Positions 51,887 through 64,000 of a DNA stretch of 64,000 nt are shown one piece after another. Position 1 is the first letter of the stretch. Every line of letters begins with the position of its first letter. A model generated the notes under the pieces. It saw only the letters and a program-made list of their open reading frames with translations, did not search any database and was not told the origin of the DNA. This DNA comes from Antechinus flavipes. Its lineage: Eukaryota. The stretch spans positions 643,684,001 through 643,748,000 of the forward strand of contig NC_067399.1 of NCBI RefSeq assembly GCF_016432865.1. Direction: 5' to 3'. The translations under genes and the position numbers were made by a program.

Positions 51887-52928
51887 CTATTTCTTAGCCA
51901 GTACCAAATGGTTTTGATGATTGCTGCTTTGTGGTTTTAGGACTGGCAAATCCAGGCCACCTTCATTGGCATTCTTTTTCAATAATTCCCTTGAAATTCT
52001 TGACTTTTTGTTTCTCCAGATGAACTTTGTTTTTATTTTTTCTAGATCTGAAAAATAATTTCTTGGGAGTTCGATTGGTATGGCACTGAATAAGTAGATA
52101 AATTTATTACAATCACTTGGCCTACCATGAGCACTTGATATTTTTCCGATTGATTAGATCTGACCTTATTTGTCTGGAAAGTGTTTTGTAGTTGTGTTCA
52201 TATAGTTCCTGACTTTGCCTTGGCAGGTAGACTCCCTATTTGATATTATCAACAGTTATTTTAAGTGGAATTTCTCTTTGTATTTCTTGCTGTTAGATTT
52301 CATGAGTAATATATAAAAATACTAATGATTTATGTGGATTTATTTTGTATCCTGCAACTTTGCTAAAGTCATGAATTGTTTCTATTAGTTTTTTAGTTGA
52401 TTCTCTAGGATTCTCCAAGTATACTATCATATCTGCAAAGAATGATAATTTGATTTCCTCATGACCTACTCTAATTCCTTTAATCTATTTTTCTTTTCTT
52501 ATTGCCAAAGCTAATATTTCCAATACAATACTGAATAATAATGGTGATAGTGGGCAACCCTGTTTCACTCCTGATTTCATTGGGAATTGTTCTAATCTGT
52601 CCCCATTACATATGATGGTTACAGATGGTTTTAAATAGATGCTACTGATGATTTTAAGGAAAACTCCATTTATTCCTACACTCTCTAATGTTTTTAATAA
52701 GAATGGGTGTTGGATGTTATCAAATGCTTTTTTGCATCTATTAAGATAATCATATGGTTTTTGTTAGTTTGGTTATTGATATAGTCAATTATGCTAATTG
52801 TTTTTCCTAATATTGATCTAGTCCTGCATTCCTGGTATAAATCTTATTTAGTCATGGTGTATTATCCTGGGGATGACTTGCTGTAATCTCTTTGCTAATA
52901 TTTTATTTAAGATTTTTGCATCAATATT

Positions 52929-53402
52929 TGTAGAGGACTTTAGACAATGGGGGAACTCTGGGTAAGGTATAAGACCCTTCAGCCCAGAGGGAACCTGCTA
53001 ATAATGTCTGGCTCAGCTTCCCTTCTCCTCTAAGGGCTCACAGTCTTCCTGAGAAGTCAGGGGGCAGTGACAACCTGTGTGTTGACTGAAGCAGAGTGAT
53101 ACCAGGCGGCAAAGAGTGATATCAGGTGGCAAACTACATACAATAGAAATTGTTTATGTGGTCCCACATGTGCAATATATACTTAGCACATGAGCAGTGC
53201 TGTTTTGGTTATATAAGGGTATGAGGGTATATAAGGGGGAAAGAACTTGGAATAAATGAACTCCATATTTCCACTATACTTGGGAGTCTCGCCTCATCAC
53301 TCCTTCACTTAAGATGGTATATTTTTATCATCCCAGCATAGGGGCTCTAGAAAGCACATCTTGTCACCCCAACTTGAGGGCTCTAATAAGCAGGACACAA
53401 CA
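52929..53402 (+). mobile_element. Solo ERV LTR (474 bp), different family
   Basis: TG...CA termini (tgtag...caaca), perfect 6-bp TSD aatatt (52923-52928 and 53403-53408), TATA-like gtatataa followed by aataaa. Confidence 0.88.
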
Positions 53403-56400
53403 AATATTAATTAGGGAAATTGGCCTATTATTTTCTTTCTCTGTTTTCATTCACCTTACCTGGTTTCAGGTATCAGCACCACATCTGTGTCATAAAAGGA
53501 ATTTGATAGGACTCCTTTCACTATTTTTTCAAATAGTTTGCATATCCCTTACTATTTATAACTTCAGTCTAGTCTCTGGTTAATTTTCATCTTAAGTGAA
53601 CTTTCCTCTTAATGGCCACCTAATCTCTCTGTATCTATGATTATGTGTCCAAGATCTCCTTCCTTCCTATACAGAACTTTCTCCCTACTATCATCTCTTC
53701 TGTCTAAAAACTTCAATTTTTCCCTATTTACTGGTTCCATTCCCTGCTGTCTACAAACATGTCCAAACCGTCCATCTTAAAATAAAACAAAACATGCAAA
53801 AACAGAAGACACAAAATACAAAAAATCTTCGCAAAGAAATCATCTTTATTACCTAAAAATCTAAATCTTTCATGTTTCCCAGACAAACTTTTTTGGGAAA
53901 AAAAATCTAACTACACTATTCCCTCTGTTCTCACTTTCTTCTAAGCCTTTTCACATCTTGGCTTCCAATCTTATCACTCAATTGATATTGCTTCTTTAAA
54001 GTTACCAGTGATCTCTTTAATTGTCAAAACTAATGACCTTTGCTCAAGCCTCATCCTTCTAGACCTGTCATTTGATACTGTTAGTGCCTTTGCATCTCAT
54101 CCTGGACACTCTTTCTGGCTTTTTGGGAGAGTGCCCTCCTTTTTTCTCCGAGTTACTTATCTAGCTCGAGTTCTAGTCTCACCTCAGCAGCTCATCATCC
54201 ATGACATGTCCACTGACCAAGGTACTGTACTACTCTATTCAGGAACCCCCTTCTCTTTGTATTCTCACATTTGAGAGGGAGCTGGAAATGTCTAATCTTC
54301 CTTGTGACTCCGTTCTACACAAGGCTTTCTCTTACAATTCTATTCCAGACTGATCTTCTAAGAACTGGCATCAGAGAAATATTTTAGAGTTTGTATTTGC
54401 AGAGTCTATGCACTCACTTCATGAGGTAAAACTAAAATTGCCTATGTTCTCAAAAGAGCTTGCCCAAGAATGGAGAAGCAGGTATATGGATAAAAGTCTA
54501 TAAAAAGCAAATACAAGGTAACGTTGGGGCTGGGTGGGAAGGGTACCAGGAAAAACCTACAAAGAAAATGTTGCTTGAGATGAATCTTGAGGGAAGTCCT
54601 GGATTACAAAAGGAGGTAAAGAAGGAAAGCATGAAATAACAGGGAAATTTCAGATTTACTTTACTTACTTTTAAGTTTACTTAATTTTCAGTTTAATACG
54701 CTATCACATATTCTTTAAGTCTTTCCTTAATCACGGTACTTATTCACAGAAATAAAATGTGATAACTGTGAAAATGGATACTGCTGAACACTATCCATTT
54801 CTATTTATTTTAGAATTATTTACTTGTGAATCTTAAGATCTATGAAAATTTATGAATGAAAATTTAAATTTTTCCAAAGAAAATTTTAGCACATATATTT
54901 TGTGGAGAAACCTTACCACAGCTGTGCTTCCTATGAATCTATATATCCAAAACACTCTCTGATGGGGGAAATCAAAGTTAAATTGACAGAATACATAGAT
55001 TTAACTAAAATCTTGCTGAAAGTAGATATCCTATATAACATAAAATACAGGTTGGACCAGCCAACATCCAGATGGTCTTAAAAATAACAAAATCACTGTG
55101 AAATTAAGTCCTGGTATCAGATTCAAATTTCCTTAAGTTCCTTTAAGTAAAAGTGACATCTGGTTGGATGAACTGCTGAAGGAGCCTTGCTATAGAATGA
55201 AACAATAAATGTTGGGAAATGAAGCTTAATTAATGGATGAAGCATAAAATAATAATAATGGTCTGTTTAAACAAACACTTCCAGGGATGGGGAATTCAAT
55301 ATCTAAAAAGGTAACCTGTTTCATTTCCAAATAGCCCCATTTGCTAAACATTTCTCATCAAAATGTGCCTCCTTTTGACTTATTATTTTTTATATTTATT
55401 TTTATTCTCTATCACAATAAATCAACAATAAATACATAGACAAATAAATAAAATCTAATTCTGGATTTGGTATTAGTGTTTTAAAATTGATAAAAAGTGA
55501 TTGAAAACTGGTCTCTTTTTCTCCAACTATTCCTAATATGGCTTTGGTTTCAAATTCTTCACAACATAAGAAAATATGGTCATTCACTTAAAATCAATAT
55601 ATGTGTACATAAAATTACTTATATCTATGTTTATGTAACATTTAAATTATGCTAATTATACAATGCATAATTATATGATATGTTATAATATTAGCCACAC
55701 ATTGCTCCATTCTATGATACAACTTCAAGATAAAGTGAAGAAATCCTCTAGAATGGTAGATGGGTGCCCAGTAGAGAACAAATGGGAAGACATGGACTAG
55801 AGTAACACAGAATTGGGCAGGTATGGATGGCTTACAATCTATCCCATCAGAAAGAATACCTCAAGCAATGAGATTGCAGACATGTTTGAAGAATATTGAT
55901 ATAGCACACAAAGGCCTAAAGATTATAGTGCCAAATTTTATAGATTTTAAATATTTTCAATCCAAATTCCAAATGCTTTTATCACTACATGATTTATTCT
56001 CTAAGGAAAATTTAAATTTCTACTCTTCATTATTGTTTATGTTCTTCATCTAAATATTTTCCAATGTTTAATTTTAATTTACTGTGGAGTTGGTACTTAT
56101 ATGAACTGATACAAAGTGAAGTGAGCAGAACTAAGAGAATATTGTACATTAGAACAGCAATGCTAAAACAATGACCAAGTGGGAAAATTTTAACTATTAT
56201 GATCAAGACAACAAATGATCCAAGACAATTCCAAAGGATCCAGGATGAAAACTTCTATCCCTCCTCCAGAGAGAAAAATGATGAATGCTAAGTACAGATA
56301 GAAGCATACTTTTCTTTTTTCTCTTTGATATATTTGGGTATGTTTTCTGTTGCAACATAGCTAACATGTAAATTGTTTTATATGACTTCACATGTATAAT

Positions 56401-56988
56401 CTAGATCATATTCATTTTAAAAAATTAATGTTTAAAAACATTTCACAAGTAATTGGGAAGTACTTACTGAAATAAAAATATAATTAAAAAAAATAAAATT
56501 TAATCTTCTAAAGAATTGTAATATTAATGCCTTGTAGATCACATCCCCCTTCCTTTTTCTCATTTTTCTATTATGCCTGACTCTAAGGACTATCAATTTC
56601 TAAGGGAAGTAGTGAGTCAAAAAGCAGCCAATATTCAATAACTGTTTTTAAATGCCAAGAATTGTGCCAGGTGAGGACAGAAGAAAAAAAAAAAAAACCA
56701 ACAGAGGTGAGGACATAAGCCTCACCATGGCAGCCATTTCCCTATGCTTTTTTTTTTTTATTTTGACCACTACTATGGCCTCTCCCATCTAGGAAATTTT
56801 TTTTGTCAATAATAGAATCTTCTCTCTAGACCACACACTTCCATTTTCTGATTAATGGCTGCCCACAAAGCCCCGATTTCCCTTTTCCTGAAGCAGGATA
56901 TTGTCCATAGAGGCATTTCTGTGTACCAAATTCCTGAAGATAAGATACAATTGAAAGTCCCTATTTCCCATTAAAAAGTATGTCTCTC

Positions 56989-57885
56989 AAATGCAAATTA
57001 AGACAACTCTGAGGTACCACTACTACACCTCTCAGATTGTCTAAGATGACAGGAAAAGGTAATGATGAATGTTGGAGGGGATGTGGGAAAAGTGGGATAC
57101 TGATATATTGTTGGCGGAAATTTGAAATGATCCAACCATTCTGGAGAATAATTTAGAACTATGCCCAAAGGGCTATAAAATATGCAAACCCTTTGATCTT
57201 GCAGTGTTTCTACTGGACTTATATCTCAAGAGATCTTAGGAGGAGGGAAAGGGACCCATATGTGCAAAAATGTTTGTGGCAGCCCTTTTTGTAGTGGCAA
57301 GAAATTGGAAACTGGATGCCCATCAGTTGGAGAATGGCTGAATACGTTATGGTCTATCAATGTTATGGAATATTATTGTTCTGCAAGAAATGATCAGGAA
57401 GGGAGGCCTGGAGAGACCTACATGAACTGATGCTAAGTGAAATGAGCAGAATCAGGAGATCATTACACATGGCAACAAGAAGATTATACAATGATCAATT
57501 CTGATGGACATGACTCTTTTCAATAATGAGATGATTCAGGTCAGTTCCAATGATGCTGTGATGAAGAAAGCCATTTGCACCCAGAGAAAGGACTGTGGAA
57601 ACTAAGTGTGGATCACAACATAGTATTCTCATTCTTTTGTTGTTGTTTGCTTGCATTTTATTTTCTTTCCAATTTTTCTTCCTTTTTGATCAGATTTTTC
57701 TTGTGCATGAAGATAACTGTATAAATATGTATGCATACATTGGATTTAACATATATAGGATTACTTGCCATCTAGGGGAGAGAATGCAGAGAAGGGGGGG
57801 GGAATTGGAACATAAGGTTTGCAATGATCAATGTTGAAAAATTATCCTTGCATATGTTTTGAAAATAAAAAGTTTCAAGTGAAAA
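56989..57885 (+). mobile_element. 5'-truncated L1 3' end
   Basis: ORF2 C-terminal and 3' UTR sequence; degenerate TSD aaaaagt...tctctc (56973-56988 and 57886-57901). Confidence 0.82.
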
Positions 57886-57989
57886 AAAAAGTTCATCTCT
57901 CACCATAAGAATATTCTTCAGTAACCATCACCAAGTCAAGAACTAAAAAGTTCTCCCTTTTTAAATCCCTCTTTGCTTAGATTATCTTG

Positions 57990-58600
57990 CAGCTCCTCTG
58001 TTTATTGAAAGATGAGAAAGTTATTTCTTTTCAATCTTACACCAACTTGACACAACCTCTCTATTTCCTACCTGTTCCCTGACACTTGTCCTGCCCCTTG
58101 GAAACAATCCCATTTCCCTATTCTCAGGATTTCTGGTTTTCTTTATTATTTCTTTCACTATGGTGTTCTGGTTTTTTGATTTATTATGTTTTTCAGGAAG
58201 GCCAATAATCCCTAAATTGTTTGAACTTATGCTGCCCTTGAGACTAATGTGCTTTACTTGTATAAACATCATGTGCTTTTAGTTCCACTTCTCCTACAGT
58301 GTCCTTCACTTACATTTACTTTTATTCTCAATTTGTCTTTTCTCTCATGTACTTCTTTGGAAAAACTTACAATTGTGGATTTAAGTTTTTCTCTCCGCAA
58401 TCCTTGCAGGCTCATCACTCAGATACCAGCACAGATCCCCTCTATTCCCAGACTTCACCAAACCCTGCTGACTCATATCAGAACCCTTCTCTCCTCTGAC
58501 CCCTACTGTGCTCTAGGGTGGGCACCTCAAACCTGTACTACACCATAAGCCCCCAGGTTGGTCTCCCTACCACAAATCTTTCCCCACTCCAGTCCATGCT
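57990..58600 (-). mobile_element. Old L1 ORF1/5' UTR fragment
   Basis: Minus ORF 58021-58272 contains NNLGIIGLPE...KEII, an L1 ORF1-like motif. Confidence 0.6.
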
Positions 58601-58831
58601 CCATTCAGCTACCAACCTGATGTTCCCAAATAAGGACTGACCACATCACTTACACAACCCACTCTGAATCAATAAACTCTAGTGGCTATTTTCTAGGGCA
58701 TATACAGATACTACAATTGGAGAGTTTAAGGAGGGGAAATTTCTGGTTCTATATGAAGTCTGAGAGGAAAAAGGTCAATACTGATCAAGGAGTTTTCATG
58801 TAGAAAGTAGTTTGTGAGTTAGGATTTAAAG

Positions 58832-59015
58832 CATGGGTTCCTAACCCTGAATCCCTGAACTTTGAATATACATATAAATATAAAATTGTATGTCAACATA
58901 ATTGGCTTCCTATATAATCTAATGTATTATTTTATGCATTAAGTATTATGGAAAGGGGTCCATAGGTTTTTCCAGAGAATCAGAGTGTCCATGTAAAAAA
59001 GGTAAAGAATCTGTG
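58832..59015. mobile_element. hAT/Charlie-like MITE
   Basis: Degenerate TIRs (catgggttcctaacc and ggtaaagaatctgtg) with a near 8-bp TSD (atttaaag and cttttaaag). A related 3' half lies at ~6000-6228. Confidence 0.5.
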
Positions 59016-59312
59016 CTTTTAAAGGAGGCTAACAATTTAAGAAGAGGAGGGACAGAGCAGTTTGGTCAAAATTCTGTAAGAAGGTGGGTTAGTGAATGAA
59101 TTCTAGAGCAGGAGGGATATTAATGCAAGAGTACAAGATTAAAGAGTCATTTCTTCACATTTTAAAAGTCCTTCTCCCTTACCTTACAATTCTTATCAGA
59201 CATAGCAAACACAAAGTTTTTAAAATGTTGCATAACAGAAGTCTGTAATGAGATCAAAGTGAATCTTAGTCTTAATTTAGTTGTAGAAAGGTTTAAACCA
59301 GCTACCATTTAC

Positions 59313-59466
59313 CTTTCTGGATTAAGGGTCTCTTCATTTTTTGTCCATCTGATGACAGGTGTAGGAACTCCTGATGCAACACATGGCAAGATTGCACTTT
59401 GCCCAATAACTTTGATTAGTGGAGAAGGTTGGCTCAAAAACACCAAACTGGATGGAATCTCAGGAT
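59313..59466 (-). CDS. NEO1: Neogenin coding exon (exon 4 equivalent), N-terminal half of Ig3
   Basis: ttttAG|ATCCT acceptor and AG|GTAAAT donor; 154 bp. Translates [51 protein letters not shown](S). Phase joins both neighbouring exons. Confidence 0.97.
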
Positions 59467-60646
59467 CTAAAAGTTTCCAAAATAAGGGACAATGGTTAAC
59501 AATGAACAATTTAAGCCATTTCCTTACATCCAATTACTGAATTCCATTCATATCTTTAAATTATAATATTATTATATTAAGCAGCAAGAGTGTGTATATG
59601 AAAATCTATTTCAACAAATTAATTCAAAAATATTGTCCACAATATGAAAAACACTGTATGAGTCACAGAAACATAAAGATGTAAATTTAACACACAGCCC
59701 TATTCTTCAAGAAACAATTTAATGGAAAAGATGTGCACAAAACTAAAACACTAGCTTGGAAGTGCTAAATGGCAATAATCAAAGTGTCAAAGGAAGTACG
59801 AGAAAGGATAACTTGGGGCTAAGGTGATTTAGTAAGGCATTCCAAGTAACAATGTAAATGGAGGGGCATGGCAAAAGGATTAGGGGAGAGAAAGAGAGGT
59901 AGACAGAGATCAAGAGAAAGTTATATCAAAAGTTTCACAGTAGCTGATGGTAGAAGGTAGGAAGAACATTACTAAATTCAGATATCCAATCAAAGCACCA
60001 ATTTGTGCAGAGGACAAAACTATATTATTGGCATGTTCCCCTAGTGAATCATGAGAGATCCTTCAATAAACACCCATATTGTGAATAAAACATAAATTTT
60101 TATTTAGTTTTTAAATCATATTTTAATATATTATGAAATCACTTGTGCATTTTTATTTTCATTCATCTATTATCAACCATTCTACAAGCATTTACATATA
60201 TTTTATATTTGTATATAAGCTCATTTTATCAGTTAGTGAAGCCAGTGCTAAGGATACAAAAACTTTTTTTTAAATCTCTGAAAATAGGAAGGTAGGGAAA
60301 TCTATAAATGAGGAACTTCCACAGAGCTAATCTCAGTTTTTTGGATTCTGAAATCAAACTCCTTGAAAGGGAACACTGTTGTGAAAACACATCAGGAAAG
60401 GAGTAGACATTAAAGCAGCCTAAGTATACAGGATGATATTGAACTTGACTATTTATTACTATTAGATTTGACTTGAGGATGCACCACATAGAAGCTCCTT
60501 TCAAAAGTGTTGTAAACCAAGACTTGTTGCAAAGATGGCAGATTATATTTTTCCACAGATAAGCCAAACACCCACATTCTAATGAACACAGAGACCTCTC
60601 TATTTAGAAATGACAAGAAGCAGACATATATGAAACAACTTCATAC

Positions 60647-60922
60647 CTGGAAGCACTTTCAGCTCAGCCTCCTCACTGTACTTAGGCGGTCCACCACTTT
60701 CAATTATGCAACGATAAAGCCCTCCATCTCCTTCTGTAACATTGCTGATAACCAGAGCTCCGTTTGGGAGTTTCATGACTCTGTCGTCCAAAACAAGTGG
60801 CTGTCGATCCTGTTCCCACCTCACAAATGGGACCAAATCAGCATTGACTTCACAGCTGAGCACTGCACTATTTCCAGCATAGACTGATGAGGATTCTGGC
60901 TGACTGGCAAACCTGGGAAGAC
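60647..60922 (-). CDS. NEO1: Neogenin coding exon (human exon 3 equivalent), Ig-like domain 2
   Basis: Acceptor ccttttAG and donor CCAG|GTATGA; 276 bp. Translates (G)[91 protein letters not shown], matching recalled neogenin Ig2. Confidence 0.97.
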
Positions 60923-62323
60923 CTAAAAGGGATGGGAAGGGAAAGAAAGATGAAAGTCATTAATTCAATGCTCAGAAATGTAGTGCCATCCCTTGAATAC
61001 AAAAATCTTTGAAAAATGTTAAAATTTATATGACATAAACTGCTTTGTTATGATAAATAAATCACCTGGAGGCTACATAGAGAAAACTGGCCTCTGGAAT
61101 TGAAAAAGTGTGTTTAAGGTCTACCTCTGTCACAGGTTGGCCATGTGACACCCCCTAAACAATCACTTAAGCTTCCCAGTTCCTCAGGAGACTCTGTAAG
61201 TCTTTAAATTTTATGACAGGTGCCAATATGTAATGGTAAAGGGAGTTTCTTCTGCATATTTATTCGTAGACAAAATTTACACTTCCATCTGCCTCAGTCT
61301 TCTATCCTTTGATTCTTAGGTAGACTACCATTTCTATCACTAATCCACTTTAGCCAAGCATGGACTACAGTATTTAAAATATTAAAAAGAGTATAAAAAT
61401 GAAACAAGAATATAATAGGACAAAATGATGAACTTGAGAAGTAAACAGCTGGATCAGAAAAGAATACAAATGGCTATCTAATTTCTCTTAGGTCCTCTCT
61501 ACTCCAAGTTAAAAACCTCAAATTAACTTAAAGCAAGGGTAATCTAAACAAGAGGGAGTTAAAATTAAAATGAACTTTCAGTGGGAAAATTCCCCAAAAA
61601 GAACTAATGAAATTAGGGACTACAAGCAAAAAGCACCAGAGGGTCAATCCACAATCATAGATGTGGTCTCAGAATGTTAAAGACAAATGTGCCATATATG
61701 GGTAATAAACAAATAGAACTAAATGTCTCCTTGGGGAAAATGCTTAAACACAGACTCAAAGGAACAAATAAAATGTGTACAAAAAGATCTGATCAGTGCA
61801 GTTATAGTAATTTGGCAATATCAAGGCTCCAACAGTCTGAGAACATCTAAGAAATGGAGGCAATGGTTGTAAAATGCAACTAAACACAGTGGAGAGCATT
61901 CACAGGAGCACTTAAAGTCATCCACCTAGAGTTAGAAGTACCTTGGAAATCAAATCCAACCAATGCTTTATTTTACTGAGGCAGGAGTGGGTACAATGAC
62001 TTGTCTGGGATCATATGCTGCTAAGTAATATATGCAGGATTTAAACTCGGCTCTTCCTCCTTCCAAGTACCTCCTTGCCTTACACACTATACATCTAGTG
62101 GATTTTCAAATTGAGGCAGAAACAGAATACTGCAGCCTTCCCACTCAAATTCAGGAAAGTGTGAGATCCATGAGAACAAGGTTGGCACAGAGTGAAAAAA
62201 GTCACAGACTTAAGGGCTTGGGTGGGAGGACTTGGTCATGTGCTTCACACGAGTTATGGCCAAAATGAATTCTGAATTCAGTGGCCAAACCTCTGGCCAA
62301 TAAGCCTTTTAGAAGGAAGCTGG

Positions 62324-62383
62324 TCAGGCCCACAATCAGGCCCACAATTGGGCCCACGGTCAGGCCCTCGATCACGTCCCCAC
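62324..62383. repeat. 12-bp GC-rich tandem array (5 degenerate units)
   Basis: tcaggcccacaa / tcaggcccacaa / ttgggcccacgg / tcaggccctcga / tcacgtccccac. Confidence 0.8.
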
Positions 62384-63286
62384 TCCAAAGGCTCTGGCCT
62401 GGCTGTTGCTCCCCTTGCACAGATAGCTCTAAGCACACTCATCTTCCTTCCATGCTGAGGCAGTGCAAGAGGACTCAGGTAGAGACAAATTATTCTCCCT
62501 TGGAAAGGAAAACAAGAAACTGAATACACATAACCACAACTGACGTTTTAGAAGTCTTTATGGTCTACAAGCAATTATTGAGTGCTTCCTCTGTGCCCAC
62601 TAAGAGTTGTGGATATAAACATTAGCAAAAAGAACTATCATCCCACTATCCACGGAGCTTACAGTGTAATGGGGAAGAGACCAGACAACACATAAAAGAG
62701 AGTTCAAAACAGGAGTGAAGAGGGAGAGAAAGTACCCAAAAAAGATCATTAAGGAGGGAGAGCTGGGAGAGGACTGAAGGAGTGAGTATGGCTGGCCTGG
62801 GTCCTTTCTCAAAAATGGAAATTACATGAATAACTCATCAATTGGAGGTGAGACCCACTAGGGCAAAGAGTGAGATGGCTGCTAGGGCATGATGAATTCA
62901 TTAGTCACCTACTATATGCAGAAGCACTAAGCTAAGTGCTAAAGATATAAATTTAAAAAAAGGAAGGGAGCACATTTTTGCCCTCAAGGAGCTTAAACCA
63001 AATGGGAGAAATCAACACAAAAGGAAAAAAGGGGGAAGAGAGGAATTGTTCTTCCCCAGGAAGGAGGGAGGATAGTATTCCTTAGAGAGGAAACTAAAAG
63101 GGCACCTGATAGAAAAATGTAGCTGTCTGCATTTTGATCAGGAAGGCTTTGGGAGTAGTCAGTTGCTCTACCATCCAACCTCAAATCAGGGCATGAAGCC
63201 TGGAGAGTCAAAAGCAAAGCCAGGAGAGGAGTAAAAAGCATGTTAGAAGCATTATATAAAGTTATAAGTGATATCTGCATCAGTTT

Positions 63287-63386
63287 AGACAGGAGTTTAT
63301 ATAAAGTATGATGCATCTAATATATATATATATATAGACAGGAGTTTATATAAAGTATGATGCATCTAATATATATATATATATAT
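63287..63386. repeat. Perfect ~49-bp tandem duplication ending in (TA)n
   Basis: agacaggagtttatataaagtatgatgcatctaa(ta)n occurs twice. Confidence 0.9.
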
Positions 63387-63389
63387 CAA

Positions 63390-64000
63390 ACATAACAGAA
63401 AACTCATACTGGACAAAAAGCCCATAAATTAAAAGAATGGAGAAGAAAGGTTAAAAAGAGAGGCACAATGATGCATTGTTGGTAGAGCTATAAATTAGTA
63501 CAAACATTCCAGAAAGCAATTTGGAATTTAACAAATAAATAGCTAAAATGTTCATAGCAATGCAGAGATTCTGTTCCTATAGATAAATGCCAGGTAAGTA
63601 ACTGAAAAATGAAAGACTGTATATACACCAAAATAAGAATAGTAGCATTTTGTGAATTAGAAACAAAGTAGATCTCTATCAAGTAGGTAAATGGGTAAAT
63701 ATATAATGGCATATGAATTGTAATCAAATACTACTGTGATATAAGAATCAAATTACATGGCTAATACAGAAAAGCAAAACAAATGTAAAGTAGGCAGATC
63801 AAAGAAAACAATACATATAATAACAACCAAGGAAAATGGAAAATAACCACAAAACAACAACAAAAAATAAACATTGCAAAAGTTCATAGAATGAGCTTGG
63901 ATCCAAAAAGATATGAGAAAAACATTTAAACTATTCCTTTCCAGAGGTAGACTATACAAATATGAAACAAAAAATACAACTTCAGAATTTTTTCAATAGC
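63390..64000 (+). mobile_element. Old L1 ORF2 C-terminus/3' UTR fragment
   Basis: cattgttggtagagctataaattagtacaaacattccagaaagcaatttgg is typical L1 3' ORF2 sequence. Confidence 0.65.

Larger units (their letters stand above)
50038..53530 (-). mobile_element. L1, 3' half of ORF2 plus 3' UTR, interrupted by two solo LTRs
   Basis: ORF 51057-51410 (IKIRSKWVHDLDIK...KIDNFDYIKLKSF) is L1 ORF2; L1 sequence resumes exactly after each LTR. Confidence 0.88.

Noticed and set aside
60229-60567. 112-aa ORF in intron 3 on the NEO1 strand
   Set aside because: No recognisable domain or splice structure; a few ORFs of this length are expected by chance in 64 kb.
60600-60863. ORF-track call as a standalone gene
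   Set aside because: It is NEO1 exon 3 read through its donor into the intron; the true exon is 60647-60922.
1-64000. CRISPR arrays, tRNA, rRNA or snRNA genes, prokaryotic systems
   Set aside because: The DNA is mammalian intronic sequence; no regularly spaced repeat-spacer array or recognisable structural RNA gene was seen.

Overview
AT-rich, CpG-depleted marsupial genomic DNA. The taxon is inferred from CORE/MAR-type SINEs, marsupial-type L1 3' ends and an RTE/BovB fragment; an Australian dasyurid is a tentative guess. The window lies inside NEO1 (neogenin) on the minus strand. Five coding exons with canonical AG/GT borders and compatible phases are present (60647-60922, 59313-59466, 47791-47927, 20397-20551, 18174-18294); they correspond to human exons 3-7 and encode Ig2-Ig4. 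The rest is intron filled with L1, L2, MIR/MAR SINEs, four ERV LTRs (three with 6-bp target duplications), hAT-like MITEs and microsatellites. The most unusual observation is a heavily decayed Ty3/Gypsy pol fossil in intron 7 (~10.3-15.0 kb, plus strand). Its motif remnants run collinearly RT, RNase H, integrase, GPY/F and a probable chromodomain, resembling fish sushi-type chromoviruses, and its RNase H block occurs twice. All protein and repeat-family assignments come from manual translation and recalled motifs; no database search was run.
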